Shown in pieces: positions 19,207-29,269 of a DNA stretch of 64,000 bases. Both the position numbers and the translations under genes were made by a program. Each line of letters begins with the position of its first letter. Within the stretch, counting starts at the first letter, position 1. A model generated the notes under the pieces. It saw nothing but the letters and a program-made list of their open reading frames with translations, ran no database searches and was not told where the DNA came from. Origin of the DNA: a virus; IMG/VR virus record IMGVR_UViG_3300000228_000004, positions 32,001-96,000 of that record. The stretch is one strand, 5' to 3'.

Positions 19207-20388
19207 TCAATGCGTTTTCAACCACTCATCGGTTTGTTTTATTTCAGTATCTGAATCATTTGGATTTCGTTTATACCTATTTCTTGGTCTTCCAGTTTTC
19301 TGTTTCACAGAGACTATTTTTTGTAATTCACAGAAACTGTTTTCACACATCATAACATTTAATTTTCGATCTTCCTCTGGTAAATGGTCAAAAAGTTCAC
19401 TATAATCAATGTGAAGTCCGCGTTTTTCCCATTCAGTCTCTATATTATCCCTGACCCAGAATAATGCTTCTTCGTGGGTCATACCGTCCCTGTCTTCCAT
19501 TAAAAGGTCTATCCCTCTATCACATCCTGGCCCAGACACTACGAATTCATTTTCACTGAACTTGAATTCTGGTATATATGTTAAGTCAACAAATACTTGG
19601 TACGCCAAAAACCCAGCCAATCCTGGGATTTCTCTCAAAATATTGAATACTTCCTCTTGAGTATTCGCCCCTTGAACTCGAGTGGATATATCCGTGTTTT
19701 TAACCCATTGTATCATGTGTATCATCCTAGTTGGCATATTTTTTTCTACACCAACTATTTCATACCCTTCATTTTCTTTAATATACCCCTTTGCTTCTTT
19801 CCAGGTCATTTCTTCTGTGTCAATATGACCTTCTTTTCTTACCTCAACCACCATACCCGAATTCGTGCATTCGTACTCTAATGTTTTAGGGAAAGCCCAA
19901 CTTGCTTTGAGCCCACCAGTGTTAAATGCTGGTGTGAAAAATGCATATTTCGGATTTTCTTTAGCATATTCGATAAATATTTCACGGAACGCGTCTATGT
20001 CTAAATTGTCAAAATCTTCTATGTAACCACCAAATAATTCTGATGTACTAGACTTGTTATATGTTCTGAAGAAGATAGAATTGAGGATCTTTACTTCTAG
20101 TGTTAGATTCGGGTTTGTGCTAATATTCTTAATCAACCATTTAGACTCTCTATCGAGTTCACGCCTTACATTAGTGAATCTATAATTCTTGAACACTTCA
20201 TCGTCTGTCCATTCTTGTTGTGGTAATTTTTCAATTTCTTTTCTTTTGTGTATATTGTGTCTTTCAGACATGAACAAATTATGATATCTTAGCACCTCTT
20301 CATTTAAAATCGGTTTCGCGTTTTTTATCTTTTCGATATCAACACCACAATATCTAATATCGGCTTCCTTTGTTTTCATTAAAACCAT
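19207..20388 (-). CDS. aGPT-Pplase1 / 5-hmdU DNA kinase helical-domain protein
   Basis: ERH.I...K...WTDD.VF..YRFTNVRRELDR.S.W, GFLAYQ..VDL.Y, SGPG...G, CENSFCE; ends DEWLKTH. Confidence 0.85.
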   Translation of the reverse strand: MVLMKTKEADIRYCGVDIEKIKNAKPILNEEVLRYHNLFMSERHNIHKRKEIEKLPQQEWTDDEVFKNYRFTNVRRELDRESKWLIKNISTNPNLTLEVKILNSIFFRTYNKSSTSELFGGYIEDFDNLDIDAFREIFIEYAKENPKYAFFTPAFNTGGLKASWAFPKTLEYECTNSGMVVEVRKEGHIDTEEMTWKEAKGYIKENEGYEIVGVEKNMPTRMIHMIQWVKNTDISTRVQGANTQEEVFNILREIPGLAGFLAYQVFVDLTYIPEFKFSENEFVVSGPGCDRGIDLLMEDRDGMTHEEALFWVRDNIETEWEKRGLHIDYSELFDHLPEEDRKLNVMMCENSFCELQKIVSVKQKTGRPRNRYKRNPNDSDTEIKQTDEWLKTH

Positions 20389-21548
20389 TCCTCAAGTTTA
20401 AAATTTTGCTTCATATCATAACCAACTGCTTCTAACATAAGGTTAAGTGGTGATATGAAATAATCTTCCCACATTTTACCCCTATCAACATATTTTTCAA
20501 GCCCAGAGTCTGTTATAAAGTCAGAATCTAGAAACCCGATTATATCATCACCTAAAATGTTGGGTTTCTTTAAAATACAATATTTTATTTTATCACTGTC
20601 TGTTATTTTAGGGTATTTGGATAACCCAGTTCTTTCTAAAAAAATATTGTAATTCATTGCCGCCCTTACATTCATTGGCGCAGTTAAAATTTTTCCATTT
20701 TTCTTAGTGGTGAATTTACCTATACCCCCCTTATAATCCAAAGACCCGATACCAGAAACCCTGCATATGTCACCCAATGGTGCTTTGTAGAATTTCTCTT
20801 CTATCTCAGATATAGAAGCAATCGTTTCTTTTGCATCGTTATCTAGAATTACATTCACCATATCTTTGAGATATTTCCTACAAAAGGGCGGAGTAGAAGA
20901 TCGTACTATCTCCAACCCAGTGACCGCCAATTTAGGGTCATCGACAAGTATAGACCCTTCGTCCCAAACGGCACGCAAAGCATATTTTTTCTTTGCAACA
21001 AACATCCCTTTATCGGCAATTTTTTCAAGTTTTGCCCCGATGGGCTTGGCACTAAATGCGTTGAAATTGTCTGAGAAAGAATCTATGTATTCTTGGACCC
21101 ATACATCGAGGTATTTATGATCAAAATTAACAAGTTTATCAAGTATTTCGTGATTATTAGCGGTGTCGAATTTTTTTACTAATTCATTAAGAGTAAAATA
21201 CACAGAGTCGGTGTCACCATAAACTACAAAGTCAATATTGGTATTAAGAACACTTCGTAACTTCCCATTTACATAATTCGCCAATCCTTGTATAAATATC
21301 CTACCGTTCCCAGTGATACTTGCAGCAACATCTCGATTGAATAGTAAAAAGTGTATATTTGCTAGAGCACCATATAATGAGTTCATCGAAATCTTTAGAG
21401 CCATCTGATATACATCGAAATAAGCAATTCTAGTGTCTATATATTTCATATCTGCCGTTAAACCACTAACATCCAAATCGTTGATTTTATCAATCGTCAT
21501 TGAACCGTCTTCTATACCATCGTAAATTTCTTCTATTGTCATGTTCAC
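20379..21548 (-). CDS. 43: Family B DNA polymerase, C-terminal fragment (fingers/palm/thumb)
   Basis: QMALKISMNSLYGA, YGDTDS, KKKYA, GLEIVRSSTP; ends KLEEWF. Confidence 0.93.
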   Translation of the reverse strand: MNMTIEEIYDGIEDGSMTIDKINDLDVSGLTADMKYIDTRIAYFDVYQMALKISMNSLYGALANIHFLLFNRDVAASITGNGRIFIQGLANYVNGKLRSVLNTNIDFVVYGDTDSVYFTLNELVKKFDTANNHEILDKLVNFDHKYLDVWVQEYIDSFSDNFNAFSAKPIGAKLEKIADKGMFVAKKKYALRAVWDEGSILVDDPKLAVTGLEIVRSSTPPFCRKYLKDMVNVILDNDAKETIASISEIEEKFYKAPLGDICRVSGIGSLDYKGGIGKFTTKKNGKILTAPMNVRAAMNYNIFLERTGLSKYPKITDSDKIKYCILKKPNILGDDIIGFLDSDFITDSGLEKYVDRGKMWEDYFISPLNLMLEAVGYDMKQNFKLEEWF

Positions 21549-21959
21549 CTCTTAATTAAGTTAAATTATAGTAAAAATGACTTAATTAAAACTTAATTAA
21601 CAATCATTAAAGAACCGTCACTCGACGGTATTATTCTTTTCTACTTTACCGCAGTAATTTTCCTCAGCTGTCACATTTTATGCTTAACAAAAATACCATC
21701 AATCTTGCTCTTCCCAATTACCCCAATCGTTATTCTGATATGCATTAAACCCTTCTGACCATAATATGGCTAGAACTCGTTTCGAAATGTCCTTGTAAAC
21801 ATTAAATGAGTCAGCTTCAAAAAGGGTCACAAAGGGCGAGTGTCAATTTTTCTCGAACCCCGACCACTTTCAAGGCATAGATCAGCAACTCTTTCAGCTT
21901 CTTCCTGAAGCATTTTTTCAAATTGAGTAAATGTATTCACGCCACATCCTCACAATTCA

Positions 21960-22268
21960 TTAAGCTACTTTCTTTTCAGCCATATAAGTTTCTATTTCTT
22001 CTTGAGTAAGAACTCCTTCTGAGTATATAATACCAGAATAACCGTCACTAGCAGCATTATTTTTAGCGTTGTAAATGTTTGTTATAAGTGAACCGATACT
22101 TTTAGGGCTTCTGTTGATTTTCTTGTTACCCTTTTCATGTTCCCAAGACTGCCCTACCTCTAACACATAACTGAAATATTTGATCAACTCTTCTAGAGTA
22201 CCGATTTCTGAGGGATAATCTCTTCCTGATTTTCTCTGGTTGATTTTGAATATTTTTACTTTTGCCAT
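21960..22268 (-). CDS. Hypothetical early protein in a promoter cassette
   Basis: Directly downstream of repeat copy 22260-22323. Confidence 0.65.
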   Translation of the reverse strand: MAKVKIFKINQRKSGRDYPSEIGTLEELIKYFSYVLEVGQSWEHEKGNKKINRSPKSIGSLITNIYNAKNNAASDGYSGIIYSEGVLTQEEIETYMAEKKVA

Positions 22269-22323
22269 TTTAGACCCTTTATGTTTAATTATTATATAAT
22301 ATTATACCGTAAGTTAGCTTAAA
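22260..22323 (-). repeat. 64-bp promoter+RBS+ATGGCAAAA direct repeat, copy 1
   Basis: 60/64 identical to 25066-25129. Confidence 0.85.
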
Positions 22324-22903
22324 CCTTGCTTAATTTTAAAAAATTCCACTTATTTATGCATCGACTTCTTTCAATTTACCCTGAAGTACCTCATATATAA
22401 GCATGCGTCTTCTAGGAAGTTTAATTCTTTTTGAGATATGCCGAAATCTCAAGAAGTTTCGTTAATCTCTTTTATGGTCATTTCACCATTTTCTATTTTC
22501 AGACAAAGTTCATTGAAATCCATTTAATAAACCTTACATTATTTTCATCTATTATACCAAAAAATATTAAAGTTTGCTTAATACTGGTCTTCACCTGGAT
22601 ACTGATTTCCAAAACCTTGGATGGTACTGACTCCTTCTGAATTTAGGATTATCCTAATTCTTCTGTAAATTTCGTTTGTCACATCTATCGAATTTACGTC
22701 GAATATTGAAATGATCTGAAGAACATTTACCTTAGTTTGGCCACAGCCGTCTAAATATACATCGACTACCCTTTCAGCTTCGGCTTGTATCATTTGTTCA
22801 AGTTCAGAAATACGCATTTGCCCCTCGATAAAAATTTATAATATTTACACCGAATATAGTTTATTGAGATTAATAACCATTCGTGATCTCATTTCTTTGT
22901 TTT

Positions 22904-23359
22904 TTAAAGTTCTTCCTCTATCGCGGTTTCTTCTATCTTACATATAAACAGTGCACCCTCTTCTTTACCTTCCTCTCCTGTATAAAAACCACTTGTGATA
23001 AAATAATTACAAGTTTCACTGTCGTATATAACCCACTTCCACTTAGTCACCGTTTTCGGTTTTATGCGATAAGAATACTCAGCATATAGATGCTGAGTGA
23101 ACATATCCAAATCAGTGAGTGTAGTTATTTCCCACTCTCCGTGCAGTGTATTGAGCCATTCAATTTGCGTTTTGTCATCTACGAATTGCTTTCGTAGTGA
23201 TGCATATTCATCGTCTAGTATGTAGATTAAATCCTTATCCCAGCTTGGTAATGTTGTTACATCCCAAAGTTCATCAGTTGGCATCTTACACCATACTATT
23301 GTTCCAACTGGACTATTTGCGAATTTAATCATCTCTTCTTTATGTACTCTGCCCATCAT
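22904..23359 (-). CDS. Trp-rich paralogue family member 1
   Basis: Shared P.GT.VW, YIxDD, LRKQFxDD, YRIKPKTVTKWKWVI. Confidence 0.75.
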   Translation of the reverse strand: MMGRVHKEEMIKFANSPVGTIVWCKMPTDELWDVTTLPSWDKDLIYILDDEYASLRKQFVDDKTQIEWLNTLHGEWEITTLTDLDMFTQHLYAEYSYRIKPKTVTKWKWVIYDSETCNYFITSGFYTGEEGKEEGALFICKIEETAIEEEL

Positions 23360-23514
23360 TCAACTTCCTTTCTTGTTTCTTCTATCTTACATATAAAAAA
23401 TGCGTTACCATTACCTTCCTCTCCTGTATAAAAACCACTTGTGATAAAATAATTACGAGTTTCACTGTCGTATATAACCCACTTCCACTTAGTCACCGTT
23501 TTTGGTTTTATGCG
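22965..23514. repeat. 104-bp direct repeat (22965-23068 and 23411-23514) in the 3' parts of two paralogues
   Basis: Only 2 mismatches by manual alignment. Confidence 0.85.
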
Positions 23515-23805
23515 GTAACAGTCTGATGTATGATTCCACAAGAACCCATCAAATTTTAACAGATTTTCAAAATTGTTTGGAACCCATTTACTTGAACACT
23601 CATCATATATCTCAATCTGTGATGCATTATCTATGAATTGCTTTCGTATTTCTGAGTGCTCGTCATCTACGATGTAGTGGAAATTATTATACCATCCTGG
23701 TTCTACTACCTTAACCCACTCTGTGTGCCTTTTTTCCCTATACCAAACATTTGTACCATCAGGTCTATCCGCCCATCTATTAATTTCTCTTCTATGGTGT
23801 TTCAT
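23356..23805 (-). CDS. Trp-rich paralogue family member 2
   Basis: Same motifs as 22904..23359. Confidence 0.75.
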   Translation of the reverse strand: MKHHRREINRWADRPDGTNVWYREKRHTEWVKVVEPGWYNNFHYIVDDEHSEIRKQFIDNASQIEIYDECSSKWVPNNFENLLKFDGFLWNHTSDCYRIKPKTVTKWKWVIYDSETRNYFITSGFYTGEEGNGNAFFICKIEETRKEVE

Positions 23806-24266
23806 ACTTCAAACTCTCTTTCAGTTTCTTCGATTTTACAAACAAATATATGGAATTTACTTTTTGAACCATCTACATAGTAACCATTTGATATTCTATG
23901 TTCATTCGTTAAGATATCTTTTATAACCCACTTCCACATAGTTACCGTTTTCGGTTTTACCCGATACCTATGCCCCATATCAAGAAATTTCGTTAGGCTA
24001 TCTAGCTCCCGTCTATCAGTTGCTACCCACTTATCATCGATATAGTGGTGCCACTCGACCCTTGTCGGGTCATCAAGGAATTGCTTTCGTATTTTAGCGT
24101 GTTTGTCATCTACTATGTATAAGAGATCTGTATTCCAACTCGGGTGGGCTGTTAGTATCCACTCCAGTTCATTTTGTCTTTTAAACCATACACCAGTTGC
24201 TTCTGGTGCGTCAGCCCAGCGTATTATTTCACTTCTATGCTTTTTCATCTTTTGAATATCCCCCAT
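23802..24266 (-). CDS. Trp-rich paralogue family member 3
   Basis: Same motifs as 22904..23359. Confidence 0.75.
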   Translation of the reverse strand: MGDIQKMKKHRSEIIRWADAPEATGVWFKRQNELEWILTAHPSWNTDLLYIVDDKHAKIRKQFLDDPTRVEWHHYIDDKWVATDRRELDSLTKFLDMGHRYRVKPKTVTMWKWVIKDILTNEHRISNGYYVDGSKSKFHIFVCKIEETEREFEV

Positions 24267-24945
24267 GATTTTAATAGCGTATATTCCAGTTCGGTGATAT
24301 CACTTATTTCTCCCCGAGACAGTGAGATTCACTAATCTTATATCCTGCTTCCTGGAGCTTTTTAATCGCTTTTTCTATTTTCATTTTTTATCCTCTGAAT
24401 CTTTCAGGGCATACTCTGTTCCCGTTCCGTACCTGTTTGTCTTTTGCTCGATACCTTTGTACATCAGGTATATCAGTCCAATTTTAATTCAAATTTGGTA
24501 CAACCATTGCAGTATTCAAGTATCATTGAACAATCACCGTCTATAATGCTGCAATATTCGATAGACATGAACCCTTCACAGTTTTTGCAGTTTATGCTTT
24601 TATCAAACCCATCATAGTTTTCTATTGTGAAATCTACCACATCATGTAACATCAAACTCATAACCCTTGGTTGGTCAACCAATATAAATTTATTTTTTAT
24701 TTCATCTACTGTCATCTTATATCTCCAAAAGTTCACTATATAAATTTAATCACTTTTTATAGTGATACCTCTGCTTTTTCGTGTATACCTGCCTCTTTAA
24801 GCCTTTTAACCACTAACTTCTTTCACCGTTTTTATATCTATCGTGTTAGATATATCAGGGTATATAGCGAACACGCCATACCATACCCAAAGTACTGTTT
24901 GGATAAATGGTATTCAGGCAAATTCACGATTTCAATAATTTCATA

Positions 24946-25074
24946 TTAAACGCCGAATTTTGCCCTAAAATCATTTAACATTTCAAGTAAGTCTTCTACT
25001 TGAAATTGATTCAACCATTCTCTAGTCAATCCGAACTCATTTGCTAATGTATTCACTACTTGTGATTTTGCCAT
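24946..25074 (-). CDS. 42-aa protein (MAKSQVVNTLANEFGLTREW...) missed by the ORF track
   Basis: Hand translation; begins inside repeat copy 2. Confidence 0.55.
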   Translation of the reverse strand: MAKSQVVNTLANEFGLTREWLNQFQVEDLLEMLNDFRAKFGV

Positions 25075-25129
25075 TTTAGACCCTTTATGTTTAATTGTTA
25101 TAATATATTATACCGCAAGTTAGCTTAAA
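25066..25129 (-). repeat. 64-bp promoter+RBS+ATG direct repeat, copy 2
   Basis: 60/64 identical to 22260-22323; starts right after the stop of the middle polymerase fragment. Confidence 0.85.
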
Positions 25130-25135
25130 GTAAGG

Positions 25136-26401
25136 TTAAACAGTCTTCAATTTAGCTTGTAATGCTTTATACATTAACATTTTTCTCTTTACTTCTTTCC
25201 TAGTAGAATAAATGTTCCCTACTATTTCGGGTATTATACCCTCATTGTCACGCCTAAAGAAAGCATTCATGCCAAAAGCAACATCATATTTATGCGTAAC
25301 TTCTCTAATTTCAGCAAGGCTATCAGGATTAAGGTACACTTCTTCATGCTCGTGTGTGTGATACTTAGCTCGTAAATTTTTCAATTCTTGAGGCAACTCA
25401 TATTCATTTATATATGTTTCTGGTGACATATTAAAAGCGCGCATACCAAGTAACGGGTACATTGAGTTGACGTCGACTGAAACCAACCAATTATGTTTAC
25501 CCTTTTGTGGTTGTCGAACATAACCACCAATAATTGTTTTATCTAGGCGGCTATGTCTGTCGAACGGCATTACAAGTCCCTCTTTCATAGCAAGGTTAGT
25601 CAGATATTGCCCCCAAGGTTTAACAGTGCCGAAGGAGTCATCCATATTAATACCCATCATTGAAGATAAAATTTTCATAAGCTCTATTAACTTCAGTTTA
25701 TCCTCTAGTTTTTTCAGGAGCAAAACATCTTGTATAGAATATTCTATGAATAAGTCTTTATCCCCGTGATAGAAATCTACTATATCATCAAACTTCCCAT
25801 AGTCAACCTTACCCTCACCAACACCAAGTTCCACTTTAACGATGTTGTCCAATGCGTATGACACTTGTGGCTTAGTTACGAACTTTTTGTATGCTTTCAT
25901 CATATCGATTAGATAAATTCCTTCCCAGTCATAGTTCATCCCTTCCATCGTTTTTATCTCTTTAACTTTATTAATTGGGGATAATCTTCTATAATTCACC
26001 CCGTCCAATTTCATTGCTCTGTTAGTGATATATGGGAAGTCGAATGAATCACCATTCCAAGCAGTTATAACCGTCGGTTTTAAATTTTCAAGTAATTTAA
26101 TAAAATCTTTAAAAAGTTCTTTTTCATCATAGTAGTGTTTGAATATCAAATTATCATATTTCTTAAATTTGGTTTCGTCGACCATTTTGTCTAAACTTAG
26201 AATTATTATCTTGTTGCTATAACTGTCGTATATCTGTATTTGTGAAACTGTCTTTTCAGCAAGCTGAGGATCTGGGAATGACTTATCTGCGTAATAACAT
26301 GAATTTTTAAATAAAACCCATTCATTCAATTCTTCATCGAATACTTCATAGTCAGTATAATCTTCAGCAAGAATCTCCGACATTTTCATTATTTTTTCCA
26401 T
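25136..26401 (-). CDS. 43: Family B DNA polymerase, middle fragment (rest of the 3'-5' exonuclease, region II, first fingers helix)
   Basis: FPDP, TAWNGDSFDFPY (ExoII), YSIQDV (ExoIII), GGYV, SVDVNSMYP, NMSPET, R...K..M. Confidence 0.93.
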   Translation of the reverse strand: MEKIMKMSEILAEDYTDYEVFDEELNEWVLFKNSCYYADKSFPDPQLAEKTVSQIQIYDSYSNKIIILSLDKMVDETKFKKYDNLIFKHYYDEKELFKDFIKLLENLKPTVITAWNGDSFDFPYITNRAMKLDGVNYRRLSPINKVKEIKTMEGMNYDWEGIYLIDMMKAYKKFVTKPQVSYALDNIVKVELGVGEGKVDYGKFDDIVDFYHGDKDLFIEYSIQDVLLLKKLEDKLKLIELMKILSSMMGINMDDSFGTVKPWGQYLTNLAMKEGLVMPFDRHSRLDKTIIGGYVRQPQKGKHNWLVSVDVNSMYPLLGMRAFNMSPETYINEYELPQELKNLRAKYHTHEHEEVYLNPDSLAEIREVTHKYDVAFGMNAFFRRDNEGIIPEIVGNIYSTRKEVKRKMLMYKALQAKLKTV

Positions 26402-27058
26402 CTTTCATTTCCTCCATTAATTTTCTTTCAGAATGTTTCTTTTTTACTGCTTCAGATATTCTTTTCCTTTGTTCAGGGGTTCCTTTTCTTATCAGAATTA
26501 CTTTCGACAATATTTTTATACCTTTTGTCTCTTTCTTCCTTTTGGGCGTCCGTGAGGTTTTCCGTATATACATATACTGAATCTGATCGTCGCCTAATCG
26601 TTTCCTCTGAAGCCTTCGTACCTCTTCTTTTCTCAATCATTTTTTCTACGCGTTCTTCTAATTGCTCTTTAGAAAGGGATTCGATATATTTTTTCTGTGC
26701 TTTTGAATTTACACTTCTTCGCCAACTACTCTTATTCATCTCCGAAAGAAATTTCCCTTGTTCTTTAGCCCAAGTTTCTCTTATCAACGCAAAATCTCTA
26801 TTATTAGTAACATACCTATTCTGATTTTCACTTTGCATTAACACACAATTCAATAAGTATTCCTCTTTCATTCGTGTAAATTTTCACTAATGACTTATGA
26901 GCTATAAAATGTTCTCTAGCAGTTAAGTAAACTAAGTTTGAATTTTCGTTATCACCGCCCATACAAGATGGAACAATATGATGAACTTCACCATACCCTT
27001 CAAAACAAATTTCTCTTCTCTTTTTAACCAATTCTTGGTAAATTTTCAAATAATCCAT
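26364..27058 (-). mobile_element. MobE-like HNH homing endonuclease with NUMOD3-like repeats, broken by two frameshifts, inserted in the polymerase gene
   Basis: EVHHIVP..MGG..ENSNLVYLTAREHFIAH; SEETIRRRS and TPEQRKRISE motifs lie in consecutive overlapping ORFs. Confidence 0.8.
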
Positions 27059-27098
27059 AAATACTCCTTTTAAGTAATTAATGCTCGATATCTAAAAA

Positions 27099-27512
27099 CT
27101 AACTTTTCACCCTAACTCGTATTTCATAGTCTCTTCCGTACTTATTTTCTTCAACAGTTTCTATATCGAAAAACCATATTCGCATATCGTTGTTTTTTCC
27201 ATTATTGAAAAAATTATCTCTTATGTGTTTGTACTCTGGTCTCTGTCCGCCGTATAGTTCTTTACCGAGTGAATCCATCAACCCCTTAAACTCTTTTTCT
27301 TCTTTTGAAGAAGTAAATTCCCTTTTAGACAATTTCACGGATGGGTCTAGTATATATGAAAATTCACCATTTTTATTTTTTTCAAAGTATTCGTATTTTG
27401 GTGATATTTCTTCTATTCTTACTTGGTTCGTGTCAGTGTTCCTTGTTCTGCAAAAGTATTTAAAATCACTTTTCCATACTTTTTCATATTGTTCATTTTC
27501 GTAATCTCTCAT
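27099..27512 (-). CDS. 43: Family B DNA polymerase, N-terminal fragment ending just after the ExoI motif
   Basis: Y..IRDNF...MRIWFFDIET then 16 residues and a stop; lies downstream of gp41 and one small ORF. Confidence 0.8.
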   Translation of the reverse strand: MRDYENEQYEKVWKSDFKYFCRTRNTDTNQVRIEEISPKYEYFEKNKNGEFSYILDPSVKLSKREFTSSKEEKEFKGLMDSLGKELYGGQRPEYKHIRDNFFNNGKNNDMRIWFFDIETVEENKYGRDYEIRVRVKS

Positions 27513-27788
27513 TATATACCACCGAATAGTTTTCTTAATATGATCTGATAATTCCTTCCCTTTCTAGTACTATAATCTATCGCAGTGACGACCACCATAG
27601 AATAAGGGACTGAAAGGTTTGGATGTGATATCCAAGAGCTATATAATTCACCCAAACCAAATTTTATAGAAGCATCTTTTATTTGTGAAAGATAAAAATT
27701 TATTTTTCTAAAATTAAACATAACAAATAACCAGCCCATCCTAGAAGAAATTTTCCTAAAAAACATTATTTTCTCTTTCATACTAATC

Positions 27789-29147
27789 CTAATTGAAATT
27801 TATTACTGAAGTATCCATATCTCGTTCAGTCGCTTTTTGTAAAACATGTGTATTCGCTTTCGCCACTTGTTGCTCGACACCATCTTCATCAAGGTCACTG
27901 AACCTGACAGTAGAAAAATCCGTTTCAACTAAATGCGATGAAAGCATACCTGTGTTCCTATTCTTTAAGAACTTAATTAGGCTTTGATTCATTTCCCTTA
28001 ATTGTGGGTTAGAAAGTAACGCGATTACATTGTCAGCGGTCTGTATAACACCAAGTGAGTCAGCGATAGAGTCCAACCCTGACTCTAAGTTATCAAAACT
28101 CCCTCTGTTTAACTGGGCAGCAGTTAGTGCGATTATATCCTCTTTCTTGCTAAAACCATGTAATTCTTCCGCGATAGACTTGTAATAGGCATACCCACCA
28201 GCCGTACCTAAAGAAACCCTTGTTGACGCCATTAAGCCTATGTAATCAATACATATTAAGTCTGGCGTGAAACCATCCTTTGACTTCAATTCATTTAAAA
28301 GTGCTTTTAATGTCAATGTACTGAAAGTACCAGATGGAAAATCCTTAATGACCAAATTCCCAGCTATTTCTGAAATGGATTTCATCCTACTTTCAAATTC
28401 TTTTCTATCTAATTTACCCAAATCGTTAGCAGGGTGGTTCAAAAGATTAGCGTCTATCCTTCTAGCGATTTCCATATCAGTCATTTCCAGTGAAATGAAT
28501 AAAACATTCTTCCCAGATAAGTAAGCCGAACTTGCCGCCGACATAAGGATCGCACTTTTACCGCCGTGTGAAGGTGCTACGATTAAATTCAATGTTTTAG
28601 ACCTCAACCCACTACCAAGTGCCAAATCTACCGACGGGAGCCCGATACTAAGCCCAGATATTCTTTGAGTATAGTAATCATATCTTTCTAGTGTGGCTTT
28701 TTCTTCCTTGTATTTCATCCCTATATCATAGTCAAATGAAATACTCAGTGCTTTCTCTATCATACCAATAATAGGTTCGAATGGCTGGTCATTTTCTATT
28801 AAATCGGCTGATTTAAAAATTGCTTCAGATAATTCTTCTTTTTGGATATATTTTTCAGTTTGGTCAATTAAAAATTCTTTATTTTCAACAGATGGTTCAA
28901 GAATAACTTCTTTGAATTGCCCAATAACTTTAAGTTTGATATTCTCACTCACCTCACCTGAATTTTTAATAAAAATACCAAGTTCTTTAGGGTTTGGGGT
29001 AGCATCGTATTCTTTGTTATATTGTACTAGAGCCTTAAATATCTCAGAATTTTCTAAGTTCGAAAAATGTGAACTCTTTAAGTGCGGGAAAACCTTTGCG
29101 AAATATTCTGGGTCAACTATCAAATTTTTCAGTATTACACTTTCCAC
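27789..29147 (-). CDS. 41: gp41 replicative helicase (DnaB-like)
   Basis: APSHGGKS, ISLEM, RRIDAN, IDYIGLM, AEEL, TAAQLNR, KNR. Confidence 0.92.
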   Translation of the reverse strand: MESVILKNLIVDPEYFAKVFPHLKSSHFSNLENSEIFKALVQYNKEYDATPNPKELGIFIKNSGEVSENIKLKVIGQFKEVILEPSVENKEFLIDQTEKYIQKEELSEAIFKSADLIENDQPFEPIIGMIEKALSISFDYDIGMKYKEEKATLERYDYYTQRISGLSIGLPSVDLALGSGLRSKTLNLIVAPSHGGKSAILMSAASSAYLSGKNVLFISLEMTDMEIARRIDANLLNHPANDLGKLDRKEFESRMKSISEIAGNLVIKDFPSGTFSTLTLKALLNELKSKDGFTPDLICIDYIGLMASTRVSLGTAGGYAYYKSIAEELHGFSKKEDIIALTAAQLNRGSFDNLESGLDSIADSLGVIQTADNVIALLSNPQLREMNQSLIKFLKNRNTGMLSSHLVETDFSTVRFSDLDEDGVEQQVAKANTHVLQKATERDMDTSVINFN

Positions 29148-29269
29148 ATCAATCCTTTTATTACAACGCGATGTATATTATTTTCACATGCGCGTTACCA
29201 CCCATAACGGGGGTGTTTGTTTTGGTTATTATACCACATTAATATAAAATCAAACTTAATCAACCTTTG

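Noticed and set aside
8660-20388. 7-deazaguanine or hmC-glucosylation pathway
   Set aside because: No folE/queC/queD/queE/dpdA or glycosyltransferase was recognised; the TS homologue has Asn, not Asp, at the specificity position.
22904-24266. Diversity-generating retroelement TR/VR pair
   Set aside because: Only 2 mismatches, not adenine-specific; both copies are coding; no reverse transcriptase in the window.
26364-27099. Group I intron or intein joining polymerase fragments 1 and 2
   Set aside because: Only ~40 bp of non-coding space on one side and gene overlap on the other; no intein start or end motifs.
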